Assembly: GCA_964436275.1 (NCBI GenBank)
Contig: CAYTBZ010000005.1
Coordinates: 1 to 52,071 of the forward strand
Direction of reading: 5' to 3'
DNA from: an uncultured Gammaproteobacteria bacterium
GTDB lineage: Bacteria > Patescibacteriota > Patescibacteriia > UBA2591 > CAYTBZ01
Length of the DNA stretch: 52,071 nucleotides
Both the position numbers and the translations under genes were made by a program. Of the stretch, positions 51,994-52,071 are shown piece after piece; within the stretch, counting starts at the first letter, position 1; every line of letters starts with the position of its first letter. Below the pieces are notes generated by a model, which was not told the origin of the DNA, did not search any database, and saw only the letters and a program-made list of their open reading frames with translations.

Positions 51994-52071
51994 AGTATTT
52001 ACCTAATTAGGAATGACAAACTAAATCAGCTCAAACTTTCACCATCATTTTACTAAATTCGACATCTTTGG

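Overview
Strongly AT-rich bacterial chromosome segment in standard genetic code 11 (ATGA start/stop overlaps show TGA is a stop). Gene content and style point to Patescibacteria/CPR, probably Parcubacteria (inference). In order along the window: a tRNA operon (Glu, His, Gly, Leu) enclosing a tRNA thiouridylase-like gene; tsaD-tsaE-valS; pilB; an ATP-cone/Mrr-type nuclease; dnaA with upstream DnaA boxes (candidate oriC, no adjacent dnaN); rpmF-nusB-rnc and a short smc. Then an ~11.4 kb minus-strand run, yebC-ruvC followed by an alpha-glucan cluster (GH15, 2x GlgA, 2x GH57, APH-fold kinase, PHP phosphoesterase, GalT-like) with no glgC/glgB/glgP; a membrane glycosylation cluster (PGI/PMI, three GT-C-like proteins, PAP2/AUR1-like, GT2); a five-gene TrbC/VirB2-like pilin array with an orphan solute-binding lipoprotein and galU; tRNA-Ser followed by a repeat region carrying a duplicated tRNA 3' end broken by CG-flanked palindromes. 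The window ends with waaL-like/wzx, rpsO-NYN-pnp, dksA-lspA-comM, LysM-CHAP, xerC/D and three tRNAs. No rRNA, CRISPR array, prophage or transposase is visible. Strongest leads: the GlgC-less glucan operon with a kinase/phosphatase pair and a GH57-UVR fusion, the palindrome-invaded tRNA-Ser repeats, and the duplicated pilins with a variable middle cassette. All family calls come from motifs read by eye, not from database searches.
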